Assembly: GCA_963665325.3 (NCBI GenBank)
Contig: CAXXWS020000001.1
Span: forward strand, 64,001-128,000
Direction: 5' to 3'
DNA: 64,000 bases
Source: Alphaproteobacteria bacterium
Lineage (GTDB): Bacteria > Pseudomonadota > Alphaproteobacteria > Bin95
The notes beneath the pieces were generated by a model that worked only from the letters and a program-made list of their open reading frames with translations, was not told the DNA's origin and searched no databases. This document shows positions 31,290 through 41,353 of this stretch, one piece after another (positions within the stretch are counted from its first letter, which is position 1; each line of letters opens with the position of its first letter). Made by a program: the position numbers and the translations under genes.

Positions 31290-31545
31290 GGGACGAAAGC
31301 GGTCTCTACGGTGCCACCGTGGCGGCCAAGGTCCACCGCGAACCGAGACGGGCAGGAGGCGTTCGCCCGCCGCGCGAATTCGTGCTGATGGACCGCGCCG
31401 CCGTCGGCCTCGGCTCCGTCTTCATGCGGCTGCGTGCCGAAATCAACTGGCATCGCCTCTTCCATGGCCTGATCGACGGTTTCGAGATCGAGGCGCTCGC
31501 CGCGCGGCAACGATCCGCGCTTGAGGCCGCTGGTCTGCGCCAGGT
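31290..31545 (+). pseudogene. 3' fragment of an ABC1/UbiB (AarF) kinase gene
   Basis: GLYGATVAAKVHRE...PPREFVLMDRAAVGLGSVFMRLRAEINWHRLF resembles the C-terminus of alphaproteobacterial ABC1 kinases. Confidence 0.6.
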
Positions 31546-31763
31546 TACGCTGGGCCCAGGGTTGTCCCCGACGACGCCGACCGGTGCGGCATTATTGCTT
31601 GCCGCCCGGCTGCTATCCGGTGCACGGTTATATTCGATTCGTCGATTCAACGGCGTTGTCGCGCTCCCGAAACACGGGGACGGAGCGCGTCTGTTGCGCC
31701 TGCCGATGAACAGGCAGGACTTCAAGGAGGCCCCCTCGCGGCAGCGGATAAGGAGACGACGTC

Positions 31764-33398
31764 ATGGCAGGGAACCGACCTGAGACCCTCGTGGCGGAAA
31801 GGGGGCTGATGAAGGGCCTTCACTCCGGCATGGGATTCGCGGCGAAAGGCATGGTGGCCGCTTTTGTCGTGTTCACCGTGCTGAATGTCGAGTTCGCCAA
31901 CGGCATCTACTCGGCGGTCCGGGACTGGATCCAAGTGTCCCTGGCTTGGTACTACATTCTCATCGTCGTCTTCCTGGTGTTCGTCTGCCTCTACCTGCTG
32001 TGTTCGCGGCACGGATCGGTCCGCCTCGGGGACGACGATTCGCGGCCGGAGTTCAGTAATTTCTCCTGGTTCGCAATGCTGTTCTCCGCCGGCGTCGGCA
32101 TCGGCATCCTGTTCTTCGGCGTGGCGGAGCCGATCTTCTATTTCGACAACTCCGGCGCCTTCGGCTATCCGAACAACCCCCATGCCGATGCAGTCGGCGT
32201 CACCGACATGGACATGAACCGCGCTGTCCATGCCATGCGCGTGACCTATTTCCACTGGGGATTCCACGGCTGGGCGATCTACGTGATCATCGGGCTCTGC
32301 CTGGCCTATTTCGGTTTCCGGAAGAAGCTGCCGCTTACCATGCGCTCGGCGCTCTACCCGATTATCGGCGACCGCATCTACGGCCCCATCGGGCACGGCG
32401 TGGACCTGCTCGCGGTGTTCGGCACCGTGTTCGGTGTCGCCACCTCGCTCGGCCTCGGCGTGACCCAGATGGCGACGGGCATGAATGTGCTGTTCGGCCT
32501 CGATCCCGGCATCGCAACGCAACTCGTGCTGATCGTGGTCATCTCGATCGTTGCGACGATCTCGGCCGTTTCGGGAGTCGGCAACGGGATCCGCATCATC
32601 TCGGAGTGGAATATCTGGCTCTCGGTGGTGCTGCTGGCGTTCTTCCTGTTCTTCGGGCCGTTCAAATGGCTGATGGGGTTCTTCGTGACCTCCATCGGCG
32701 ACTACATCTGGAACGTGATCCCGATGGGCTTTTGGACCGCTGGCACCGATGCGGAGATCGCCTGGCAGGGCGGCTGGACCATCTTCTACTGGGGCTGGTG
32801 GATTTCCTGGGCGCCCTTCGTCGGCATGTTCATCGCCCGCATCAGCCGTGGGAGGACGATCCGCCAGTTCATGGTGGGCGTGCTGTTCGTGCCGACCACC
32901 ATCGCCTTCTTCTGGCTGTGCATGTTCGGCGGCAACGCCATGTACATGGAGCTCATGGCAGAGGGCGGCGTCGGCACGGCCGGCATCGTCGATCTGGTCC
33001 GCGCGTGGGATCTGCCATCGGCGCTTTACGGCACCATCGACCGGTTGACCGAACTCGCGTTCCTGCAATGGATCATGGCGGCGCTGGCAACGCTGCTGCT
33101 GGCGACCTGGTTCATCACCTCGTCCGACTCCGGCACACTGGTCATCACCACCATGCTGTCCATGGGCGACGACAACCCGCCGCAACGCTTCCGTATCGTC
33201 TGGGGCCTGGGCGAAGGCTTCGTTGCCGGCGTTCTGCTGCTGGCCGGCGGCCTCAAGGCGCTTCAGACGGCTTCCATCGCAGCGGCGCTGCCGATCTCGG
33301 TCATCATGCTGTTCATGACCTACGGCCTGATAAAGTCGCTGTCGGAGGACAGTTCGGCCGTGCCGGCCGAGGGGAAGGCCGAGGCGGCGCCTGCCTGA
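31764..33398 (+). CDS. BCCT family (betaine/carnitine/choline) transporter
   Basis: SWFAMLFSAGVGIG, FHWGFHGWAIY, WTIFYWGWWISWAPFVGMFIARISRGRTIR, TSSDSG. Confidence 0.93.
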   Translation: MAGNRPETLVAERGLMKGLHSGMGFAAKGMVAAFVVFTVLNVEFANGIYSAVRDWIQVSLAWYYILIVVFLVFVCLYLLCSRHGSVRLGDDDSRPEFSNFSWFAMLFSAGVGIGILFFGVAEPIFYFDNSGAFGYPNNPHADAVGVTDMDMNRAVHAMRVTYFHWGFHGWAIYVIIGLCLAYFGFRKKLPLTMRSALYPIIGDRIYGPIGHGVDLLAVFGTVFGVATSLGLGVTQMATGMNVLFGLDPGIATQLVLIVVISIVATISAVSGVGNGIRIISEWNIWLSVVLLAFFLFFGPFKWLMGFFVTSIGDYIWNVIPMGFWTAGTDAEIAWQGGWTIFYWGWWISWAPFVGMFIARISRGRTIRQFMVGVLFVPTTIAFFWLCMFGGNAMYMELMAEGGVGTAGIVDLVRAWDLPSALYGTIDRLTELAFLQWIMAALATLLLATWFITSSDSGTLVITTMLSMGDDNPPQRFRIVWGLGEGFVAGVLLLAGGLKALQTASIAAALPISVIMLFMTYGLIKSLSEDSSAVPAEGKAEAAPA

Positions 33399-33574
33399 AC
33401 GGTCCCGGGCCGCCGAGTTCGCGTTTCAGCTCGACTCGGCGTTCGGGTATCCGGCGGTGCTGGGCCGGCCCCAGGCCGGGCCGGCTTCGCTCACCCGGTT
33501 GCGTCAGCGAGCAGGCAGGCGTCGGCGAGCGGCACGACCGGGCTCAGGTGTCAACGGCGGAGCGCTGGCAACGG

Positions 33575-33670
33575 CGGAGCGCTGGCCCATCTTCGATATC
33601 TTGCCCAGCCGCGGCTTGCCGCCGGCTGTGTGCTGGCGCGACACCAGGCCGAGCCAAGCCGCGTACCGGG
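33575..33670 (-). pseudogene. IS110 family transposase fragment
   Basis: AAWLGLVSRQHTAGGKPRLGKISKMGQR, typical of the IS110 Tnp20 domain. Confidence 0.7.
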
Positions 33671-34124
33671 CATCACCCTCAACTCCGTCGCCTTCATCAG
33701 CGCGCGCCAGGTGCCCGTCTTGCCGTAGCCGTTGCGCTCGGCGTGATGGGAGCCGTCGATCACGACGCAAGCCTTCGTCGCCGCGTGCTTCGCGCGCTCG
33801 ATAAGCGCCTCGGTCACGATCGCGTCCGCCCCCGGTGCGATGAGGAGGCAGGTCTCTCCTGCCTCTCTGATGTGTGCGGCGATATGTGCGGCAATATCCT
33901 CGCTGGTGAGCCGGGTTCCGAGCATGTTGGCGGTCTCTCTGGACTTGCGCGGGCTACACGCACCACCTCACACTAGTTCGGGTTTCGGCGCTGTGGCATC
34001 CCGCGCCCAGGCGCAGATTGTCCGAAGCCGTGGGCATGCTGTCAGCCGGCTGCCCGTGGCGCATTCAGAGGGTAATCGCTGGAGCGTCTCCGCCCCTTCG
34101 CACGCCAGCGCAATCTGAAGGCGA

Positions 34125-34583
34125 TCATTTCCCTGACTGCCAGTCCTGGCTCGATGCGGTCGTCAACGAGGCCCAGTCGTCGGGCGGATTTCCCCGCATG
34201 AGCATCCTGGCGAAGACCGTGTACGGATCGTTTCTGCTCCCCGAGGAGCGCAGCGTGGATTGGTCATTGACCCACGCGTAGACGATCGCCCTCGCCCTGG
34301 CATCGTACCGGAAGAACAATCGAAACCGTCTGCCGATCCTGGCGCGCCGCCAATGGCGGTAGCGCGGGCCGAGCGTGCTGCCCTGGCGGTACTCGTCCCG
34401 GGATGGATCCTGCGGGATGACTTCCAGCATCAGCCGGCTCAATGTTTGGAACAGCTTGACGTTCGCATTGGATCCGAATCCCGTCGGATCGCTTCGTTGC
34501 GCGCGCTGGACTGCATCGTGGAGCTTGCGCAGCTGATAGATGAGGCAATCGTGGAAAAGCAGCGTCCACCCGTGGCGCTGCAT
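34125..34583 (-). CDS. yhaV: YhaV-family mRNase toxin
   Basis: HGWTLLFH, IPQDPSRDEYRQGSTLG, RFRLFFRY, AWVND, DPYTVF, GNPPDDW. Confidence 0.9.
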   Translation of the reverse strand: MQRHGWTLLFHDCLIYQLRKLHDAVQRAQRSDPTGFGSNANVKLFQTLSRLMLEVIPQDPSRDEYRQGSTLGPRYRHWRRARIGRRFRLFFRYDARARAIVYAWVNDQSTLRSSGSRNDPYTVFARMLMRGNPPDDWASLTTASSQDWQSGK

Positions 34584-34903
34584 CAGAGGTCGACGTCGCC
34601 GTCGATGTCCTCGTCCGGTCCCGGTTCACGCTCGGCATGTTCGAGCATGTCCTGTGCCAGATCGTCGGGGATCGTCCGAACATGCCGCCCGGCCTGGATA
34701 TCGCCGGCGAGCAGATCGAGAAACGCAGCGATGGCCGGATCTTCATGCTCGGTGTCGGCACGGCTGACCACGATCTGTCCATCCTCGTGCAGTTCGAACG
34801 CCACCTTGGCGCCGACATCGACCCCCAGCGCCTGACGGACCGTCTTGGGCAGGGTGATCTGGCCCTTCGCGGTCATCGTGGCGACTTCGTGGATGATCGA
34901 CAT
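34583..34903 (-). CDS. prlF: PrlF (SohA)-family AbrB-type antitoxin
   Basis: TAKGQITLPK AbrB motif, EDPAIAAFLDLLAGDI; coupled to yhaV. Confidence 0.88.
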   Translation of the reverse strand: MSIIHEVATMTAKGQITLPKTVRQALGVDVGAKVAFELHEDGQIVVSRADTEHEDPAIAAFLDLLAGDIQAGRHVRTIPDDLAQDMLEHAEREPGPDEDIDGDVDL

Positions 34904-34933
34904 GATCGGCGCTCCTTCTGTGCCGTGCGCGAC

Positions 34934-34960
34934 GGTAAGGATTATTCCTTACCTGGTCAA
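34934..34960 (-). promoter_or_regulatory. prlF-yhaV promoter with palindromic operator
   Basis: GGTAAGGA-TTAT-TCCTTACC (34934-34953) next to minus-strand TTGACC (34955-34960). Confidence 0.65.
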
Positions 34961-35189
34961 CGCCATGCGGAGGTTGTGTCGGTGACCAGGATACCTGGCC
35001 TCGGAACCCCGCATTGTTGCCCGCGCGTTGAGCGCGATCCCGTCGTTCATGGCCGAGGTGCGCCGCCCCTCGCTCAGTCGTCCAGGTCCTTGCGCAGGTA
35101 CCGCAGGCCTCACTGAAGAGGATATGTGAGCCGGCCCCAACCCGTGATGCAGGCCAGCCGAAGCAATATGGGGATCAAGGCTTCGCTGG

Positions 35190-35530
35190 GCGGAAGAATG
35201 GGCGGCGAAGACGGGCGGCGTCGACTTCGATGCGCCGGAGCATGACGAACTGATCGAGCGCGGGCGCTCCCTCGACGCCCGGCCCGACCTCCCGGACAAT
35301 CTGCGCGAGGCCGTTCCCGGTCATCTCCAACGCCATGATCGCCTGGAGAAGAACCGCACCGATGTCAAAGCGTTCCTCAACAGGGCCGGCCGGTTGCTGC
35401 GCGACCGCCACAGACCCGCCAGGTCCGCCCCGGAAGACCGGGCGCAGGCAGGCCTGCCGCTCACATGGGAGGCGTGGAAGCAGAACGCAGACGCGCCGCG
35501 CTGCTCGCCGACGCGGAAGACAATCCCGAC
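35190..35530 (+). pseudogene. C-terminal remnant of a second, paralogous relaxase
   Basis: KTGGVDFDAPEH...RHDRLEKNRTDVKAFL...AGLPLTWEAWKQNADA aligns with RTGGIASDTAEH...RHERLARDRARVEAFL...AGLPLTPEAWKQDADA at 30690-30910. Confidence 0.75.
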
Positions 35531-35567
35531 TGACCAAAAAACCAGGCGCCCGGAGCCATGCTCAAGG

Positions 35568-35615
35568 CCGGCCGGAACTTATTGAAATACCCGGCCGGAA
35601 TCTCTGAAATACGCA
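35568..35615. mobile_element. Isolated IS21-like terminal repeat
   Basis: Two tandem GGCCGGAA..(T)GAAATAC units ending in TACGCA (reverse complement TGCGTATTTC). Confidence 0.5.
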
Positions 35616-35712
35616 GGCCACGACGCCGACGCGGTCGAGGCGCTGTTCGTCGATCTCTTCCTCGACGCCCATGAGCGCGTGCCGGAGCAACTGGTGTTCG
35701 ACCTCGACGCCA
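35616..35712 (+). pseudogene. IS1380 family transposase fragment
   Basis: GHDADAVEALFVDLFLDAHERVPEQLVFDLDA. Confidence 0.65.
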
Positions 35713-35794
35713 ATCGTGGAGTTGCGGCAACTCCCTGCGGGCACGCGGTTTTCGCAACCCGCTGTCCGGCTTCGAAGGCCGCACATTGGGGATT
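35711..35794 (+). promoter_or_regulatory. Conserved structured leader of porin operon A (paralog at 45412-45505, minus strand)
   Basis: Hairpins GGAGTTG-CGG-CAACTCC and GCGGTT...AACCCGC, near-identical to the leader of operon B. Confidence 0.6.
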
Positions 35795-37153
35795 ATGAGA
35801 AAAACCCTGCTTGCGACCTCTGCGCTGGCCTTTGCCGGCGCGCTGGCTGCCGGGCCGGCCTCGGCGGCCGACATGCTGAGCGTCGGCGTCGGCGGCTACA
35901 TGCAGCAATGGATTGGTGTATCCAGTCTCGACAGCGCCGCCGGCGATGGCGGCGTCAGCCAGTATTCGGACAGCGAAATCTTCTTCAGGGGCAAGCTGGA
36001 GGCCGACAGCGGGCTGACCTTCTCCGTGAAGGTCGAGTTCGAGGGCAACACCCATGCGGACGTGGTCGATGAATCGCAGGTCACGGTCGGCGGCTCGTTC
36101 GGCCAGATCGTGCTCGGCTCCGAGGACGACCCGACGACGCTCATGCACTACGGCACCGGCGATGTCGGCGTCGGCCTGAACTGCGGCGACGCCTCGTTCA
36201 TCAACGGCCTGACCAGCTGCGCCAGAAGCAGCGGCAAGGGCCTCGGCACGGCCGGCCATCTGATCGGCGGCGACAGCCAGAAGATCGCCTACTACACCCC
36301 CCGCCTGAGCGGCGTGCAGTTCGGCGTGTCCTACAGCCCGGAGTCCGTCGAGGACAGCGGCGCCGGCTCGCCGGTGAACAATGACGAAGACGCGGTGTCG
36401 CTGGGCCTGAACTACACGGGCGCGGTGGGCGATACCAACGTCTCGCTCTCCGTCGGCCATTACCAGAAGAGCCAGGTCGGCGCGACGGAGATGCTCAAGT
36501 CGGGCATGAACGACGCTGCGATCTCGGTCGGCACGTACATGGCCAACGTTAAGGCCATCGAGGACTATGCGACGGCGCAGGCCGAAGGCACCAGCTCCAG
36601 CCTCGACACGCTGGCGAACGGCGCCGCAGCGGCAGAGGCGTCGAACAAGGGCGCGTTCGACACCATGGCCTCGAAGGCCGACAGCCAGACGTTCACCAAT
36701 TTCGGCATTAATGTCGGCATGGGCGCGTTCGGCTTCAGCGCCGCCTACGCCGTGCATGACGGCGGCACCTACATGGTCGCCAAGAGCCCGGACGTGAATG
36801 TCGTCGCCGGCCACACATGGGACGATGACGGCGACGCAACGACAGCCGCTGTCGCGGAGTCCGGCGACAAGAACGACCCGTCGAACGATACCGCGCGGAC
36901 GGTTCTCGTGAAGGACACCTCCAGGGACTACGAGGTGGCGAGCGCCGGCGTGATGTATTCGGACGGCCCGATGGCGGTCAGCCTGGCCCACATGATGGCC
37001 GATGCCGATGACGGCTCCAGTGTCAGCGCGACCATGCTGTCCGTCAGCTACACGCTGGCGCCGGGCGTCGCATCGCGGTCCACGCTTATGGCCGGCGAGC
37101 AGGATGCGGCCCAGGGCACGGCGTTCGTGACCGGCATCACGCTCAGCTTCTGA
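35795..37153 (+). CDS. Alphaproteobacterial porin, paralog A (two large loop insertions)
   Basis: Signal peptide MRKTLLATSAL, DSEIFFRG, KIAYYTPR, YTLAPGV, terminal Phe. Confidence 0.85.
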   Translation: MRKTLLATSALAFAGALAAGPASAADMLSVGVGGYMQQWIGVSSLDSAAGDGGVSQYSDSEIFFRGKLEADSGLTFSVKVEFEGNTHADVVDESQVTVGGSFGQIVLGSEDDPTTLMHYGTGDVGVGLNCGDASFINGLTSCARSSGKGLGTAGHLIGGDSQKIAYYTPRLSGVQFGVSYSPESVEDSGAGSPVNNDEDAVSLGLNYTGAVGDTNVSLSVGHYQKSQVGATEMLKSGMNDAAISVGTYMANVKAIEDYATAQAEGTSSSLDTLANGAAAAEASNKGAFDTMASKADSQTFTNFGINVGMGAFGFSAAYAVHDGGTYMVAKSPDVNVVAGHTWDDDGDATTAAVAESGDKNDPSNDTARTVLVKDTSRDYEVASAGVMYSDGPMAVSLAHMMADADDGSSVSATMLSVSYTLAPGVASRSTLMAGEQDAAQGTAFVTGITLSF

Positions 37154-37238
37154 TCTGCGCGGCGAACGACCCCACGAAGGAACGATCCAAACGGTTTGCC
37201 CGGCCGAATCCGGTCCGGGTTGAAAGGAGAAGGGTTCG

Positions 37239-38840
37239 ATGAGAACCATGAAACATCTGGCCTTTGCGGCAATGGCCGCTTCGGCTCTGGCACTCGCAGG
37301 CTGCGGAGGTGGCGGCAGCTCCAGTAGCATGGTGGCGCCCACGACGCCCACCACCACCACGTCGGAGACGACGACGCCCACGTCGATGGAGCTCCTGCTG
37401 CCGAGCGGCAGCAACATGTATCTCGACGACAGCGACACGATGCTCGCCGACGGCACATTCACCGTCGCAGCCGGCACGACGGTGAACCGTGGCGCCTACG
37501 CCTTCACCTGCGGCGGCGACGAGGACTGCACGGTCACGGTCGCCGATGACGTAGTCACCGAGACGGGCGGTGTCACGGTCGACTACACGGCGACGGCGCA
37601 GGCCACCATCACCATGAAGATGATGATGGCGGACGAGACGAACACCGAGAAGGCGATCGGCCTGTCGAAGGCGCTGGCCGCCGCCACCGAGGACGACGAC
37701 AATGCTCCCACCGTATCCCGGGGGACGAGCGGCGCCGCCACTTTCAAGAAAGCCGGCTTCGAAGCGGGCGCGGCCCCGATGAGCATCGCCGGCTGGGAAG
37801 GCGCGACGCTGACCCAGAAGACCCAAAGCATCGTGGCCTATACGGAGATCGAGGCCGCGACGCGGATGGCGTTTACGAAGGTTTATAGTGCTACGGCAGC
37901 GGACAATCCCGGCGGACTTGCTTTCGCAGATGGCATGGTGACGATTCCCGCTGCCGCGTTGTCGTCCTCTCAAGCAGCCCTGCTGGACAAGACCCGTTTC
38001 CCGCAGAAGGGAAGCGCGGGTGCTGGAACCGAGACGTGGACCTACGTTGATGAAGCCGATGTCGATGTGGGCGAAAAGATGCACCCTCGGGAGTTCTCCG
38101 GTACCCTCCAAGGTGCGCGGGGCGATTACAGTTGCACCGGTGAGTGCTCCGTGGCGGTCACCGATGCCGGCAGCTACACGTTCGCAGGCACTTGGAATTT
38201 CGATCCCGACTCCTCCGCCCAGGCCGTCGTGACGGATCCCGACTACCTGACCTTCGGATGGTGGATCGACGAGAAGAAGAAGACCGCGGCAGGGGACTAT
38301 CCTTTCACGGTCAACACATTCGCCACCGGGTCAGCGGTGTTCCCGACGGCCGCCGATACCGACACTGGCGCTGTTGGCCTGGACACCCTTACGGGCGAGG
38401 TGGAATATAACGGCGTGGCGGCCGGCCTCTACGCGGTCAAGAATGTCGAGGGCGGGGAGATCGTTTCCGCCGCCCACGGAGCCTTCACCGCTGACGCCAG
38501 CCTGACCGCCGACTTCGAGGCAGGAGATGCCGGGTTCCTTTCCGGCAAGATCGACGGTTTCCAAGGCGGTATGGACATGTCGGGCTGGGAGGTGACGCTG
38601 CAGAAGTCCAACTTCGATACCGACGGCAGCCTGGCGGACCAAGACGACGCCATCAACGCCACCGGCATGATGGTCGCGGGCAAGATCGGCGACACCAAGA
38701 GCACGAACGGCATCTGGGATGTCAGTCTCCACGGGTCAGGCGCAGACGCCGCCGCGCCCAGCGGAATCGCCGGGACCTTCCGGGTCGACTTCACCAACGC
38801 CAATATCGCCGGAGCGTTCGGCGCAACGCGCGACAAGTAG
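37239..38840 (+). CDS. Surface lipoprotein with TbpB/HpuA-like C-terminal barrel (Slam/T11SS cargo) A
   Basis: Lipobox LAGC followed by a G/S/T-rich tether; DYLTFGWW, YNGVAAGLYA, FTADASLTADF, terminal GAFGATR. Confidence 0.75.
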   Translation: MRTMKHLAFAAMAASALALAGCGGGGSSSSMVAPTTPTTTTSETTTPTSMELLLPSGSNMYLDDSDTMLADGTFTVAAGTTVNRGAYAFTCGGDEDCTVTVADDVVTETGGVTVDYTATAQATITMKMMMADETNTEKAIGLSKALAAATEDDDNAPTVSRGTSGAATFKKAGFEAGAAPMSIAGWEGATLTQKTQSIVAYTEIEAATRMAFTKVYSATAADNPGGLAFADGMVTIPAAALSSSQAALLDKTRFPQKGSAGAGTETWTYVDEADVDVGEKMHPREFSGTLQGARGDYSCTGECSVAVTDAGSYTFAGTWNFDPDSSAQAVVTDPDYLTFGWWIDEKKKTAAGDYPFTVNTFATGSAVFPTAADTDTGAVGLDTLTGEVEYNGVAAGLYAVKNVEGGEIVSAAHGAFTADASLTADFEAGDAGFLSGKIDGFQGGMDMSGWEVTLQKSNFDTDGSLADQDDAINATGMMVAGKIGDTKSTNGIWDVSLHGSGADAAAPSGIAGTFRVDFTNANIAGAFGATRDK

Positions 38841-38881
38841 CTTCTCGTTGCAGGGCGCAGAAGCACTCTGCAAGCCAATTT

Positions 38882-38916
38882 CCCCGGCCATCTTCCGAGT
38901 GGCCGGGGCTTTTTTC
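38882..38916 (+). terminator. Intrinsic terminator between lipoprotein A and Slam A
   Basis: CCCCGGCCA-loop-TGGCCGGGG followed by CTTTTTT. Confidence 0.7.
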
Positions 38917-38934
38917 CGCAAGATCGTCGAAGCC

Positions 38935-40197
38935 ATGAGTACATTTGTTCTCACCATCGTTCTGGCAGGGCTGCTTGTGCTCATCGCCGCGCCCCTCGCC
39001 TTCGGCCAGGACAGGAACGAAGCCCGCTTCCGCACCGGCATGGCCGCCGTCGAGGCGGCCGCGCAGGAGCAGGACGAAGATGCCCGGGACGAGAAGCTCG
39101 ACGAGGCCATCGCGGCCTTCCGCGCCATTCTCGTGAGCCGCCCGGAGCTTGTGCGGGTGCGGCTCGAACTCGCCCGCGCCTTCTTCCTGAAGGAGGAGGA
39201 CACGCTCGCCCGGAGGCATTTCGAGCAGGTGCTGGCGGGTGACGTGCCCCCGGCTGTCGCCGCCAACATTGCCCGCTTCCTGCGCGTCATGCGCTCCCGG
39301 CGGCGATGGGAGGCGCATTTCGGGGCGGCCATAGCCCCCGACAGCAACCTGAACGCCGCCTCGGGCGAGCGCACGGTCTTCCTCGACACGCCCTTCGGCC
39401 GCCTGCCCTTCACCCGCCAGGGCGACATCGCGCCCAAGTCCGGCCTCGGCGTCTCGGTCTGGGGCGGCGGCGAATACCAGTATCCGCTCGGAGCGGGCCG
39501 CTGGCGGCTGCGCTCCGGGGCGGACGCGAGCGTCCGCGAATACAAGGGCGGGACCTTCGACCGCCATTCCGTCTCCGCACATCTCGGCCCCCGCCGGCTG
39601 ATCGACGCGCGCACCGAGGCGAGCCTGCTCGCCACCGTGGACCGGCAGTGGACCGCCGGCATGCCCGAGACCGACCGCTTCGGACTGCGGCTGGAAGCCG
39701 AGCGCCGCCTGACGCCGCGCCTCGCCATGTTCGGGCAGGCGAGCGCCGCCCGGCGCAACTGCCGCGACTGCAACTGGCTCGACGGCCCGGTGGGAGACAT
39801 TTCGCTGGGGGCGGGCTGGGCCGCGCTTCCCGTGCTCCGGATCGACGCTAATGCCGGCTGGAGCTGGAGCCGCACGAACTCCGAGCACTGGCGTTCGAGC
39901 GGGCCCCAGGCGAGCCTTGGCGCAACGCTGGCGCTGCCGGCGGGCTTCACCGTGGGCCTGCGCGCCTCCCTGCAGCGCACGGAATATCAGGGGCCGGGCT
40001 TCGCCCACAACACCATCGACGGCGAGCCGCGCGAGGACGAAACGCAGACGCTCTCCGCCTCGGTGCACAACCGCGCGGTGACGGTGCTCGGCTTCAGCCC
40101 CCGCCTCTCGCTCGTCCGCGAGGAGCGCGACACCAACGCCCAGGCCCTCGACTACAAGCGAAACCGCGCCGAGCTCAGCTTCGTGCGCCAGTTCTGA
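38935..40197 (+). CDS. Slam / DUF560 surface lipoprotein assembly modifier (type XI secretion) A
   Basis: Signal peptide, TPR LVRVRLELARAFF, APDSNLN, beta-barrel ending YKRNRAELSFVRQF. Confidence 0.85.
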   Translation: MSTFVLTIVLAGLLVLIAAPLAFGQDRNEARFRTGMAAVEAAAQEQDEDARDEKLDEAIAAFRAILVSRPELVRVRLELARAFFLKEEDTLARRHFEQVLAGDVPPAVAANIARFLRVMRSRRRWEAHFGAAIAPDSNLNAASGERTVFLDTPFGRLPFTRQGDIAPKSGLGVSVWGGGEYQYPLGAGRWRLRSGADASVREYKGGTFDRHSVSAHLGPRRLIDARTEASLLATVDRQWTAGMPETDRFGLRLEAERRLTPRLAMFGQASAARRNCRDCNWLDGPVGDISLGAGWAALPVLRIDANAGWSWSRTNSEHWRSSGPQASLGATLALPAGFTVGLRASLQRTEYQGPGFAHNTIDGEPREDETQTLSASVHNRAVTVLGFSPRLSLVREERDTNAQALDYKRNRAELSFVRQF

Positions 40198-40284
40198 CTG
40201 AACAGCCGGATGGACAGGCTGCACGCGCGATAGTCGGCCGCACACGCCGTTGACGGAGTAGCTTTCGGTCGCCACCTTGCTCGC

Positions 40285-40577
40285 ATGAGATCGGTGGCAT
40301 CAAGGTTCTGAACAGCAAGCTGAGCGAATACGTCCGGCTTGCGGCGTCCGGCGAAACGATTCTCGTGACTGATCGGGATCGGGTCGTGGCAGAACTCGGC
40401 CCGCTGAGGGAGACACGGAGCCCGTTTCTCGCCGACGCCTTCCTGGCCGAGGCGGTGCGGTCCGGCGTGCTGACGCCGCCGAGGCTGGCCGCTTCGGGAC
40501 CGCCGCCCAAACCCGCGCCCGTCGCCACGCTGGACGAAATCCTGGCGGATCTGGACGAGAGCCGGCGCGACCGGTGA
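40285..40577 (+). pseudogene. Phd/YefM antitoxin with an early frameshift
   Basis: MRSV / GIKVLNSKLSEYVRLAASGETILVTDRDRVVAELGP split over two frames; TTGACG at 40250. Confidence 0.7.
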
Positions 40578-40973
40578 TCTACATCGACACGTCCGTCGCG
40601 CTCGCGCATCTTCTTGCCGAGGATCGCCAGCCTCCCGGCTCGCTCTGGGAGGAGACACTGTTTTCCACCCGATTGCTGGAATACGAAATATGGACCCCGC
40701 TGCACGCACGCGAGCTTGCGGCGAAGCAGCACGCTGGCTGATCGGGCGGGTCGCGATGCTGGATCTTTCGCCGTCGGTGCTGGCGCGGGCACTGAATGCC
40801 TTTCCCTGCCCCGGCCCGGTGCGGACGCTCGACGCCTGCATCTGGCGTCGGGCGCTTATCTGGCCGGGCACGGACAGGGGGTCATGCTCGCAAGCTATGA
40901 CCGGCGAATGAACACCATCGCCCGCGCGATGGATATTTCGCTGTTCGACTTGGAAGCATCGCAAACTGCATGA
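40574..40973 (+). pseudogene. PIN-domain (VapC) toxin, frameshifted
   Basis: VIYIDTSVALAHLL, PVRTLDA and LASYDRRM lie in different frames. Confidence 0.7.
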
Positions 40974-40999
40974 TTGTCGTAGCGGCGGCCCCGAACGCC

Positions 41000-41275
41000 C
41001 GAATGGGGACATCCGACGGGTAGGTCAGCCACCATCCTGCCGCGAGGTAGTCCGTCGGGTCGGCGTCATTCCAATCGATGAGAGCGTAGAGGAACACCCG
41101 GCCGTCATAGTGGTTGTCCGCCAGTATCCATTCGCGGCTGGAATGACCGGGCTGGACGGGACGCGGGAGGAACAGCCCCGACGTCCATTCGGTGTCCCGG
41201 ACGGTATTGAGGGTGCCGGTCCGGTCCCGCCGTCAGGGATCCGCACGTCGACACTGAGCACGCCCTCGGCCTGAG
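41000..41275 (-). pseudogene. Internal fragment of another surface lipoprotein
   Basis: IDWNDADPTDYLAAGWWL resembles the DPDYLTFGWW motif of the cargo lipoproteins; no start codon or lipobox. Confidence 0.5.
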
Positions 41276-41353
41276 CGGCGCGGGCGGCGGGCGCAGCGCA
41301 GGCGGACTTTGTAACCGGTCTTACGGTGCATCCCGCTCTGTCCGGCTGCTCAG

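Noticed and set aside
19095-31336. Inverted 9-mer AAGGTCCAC at both junctions of the mobile region
   Set aside because: Too short, and KVH appears to be native coding sequence of the ABC1 fragment; likely chance
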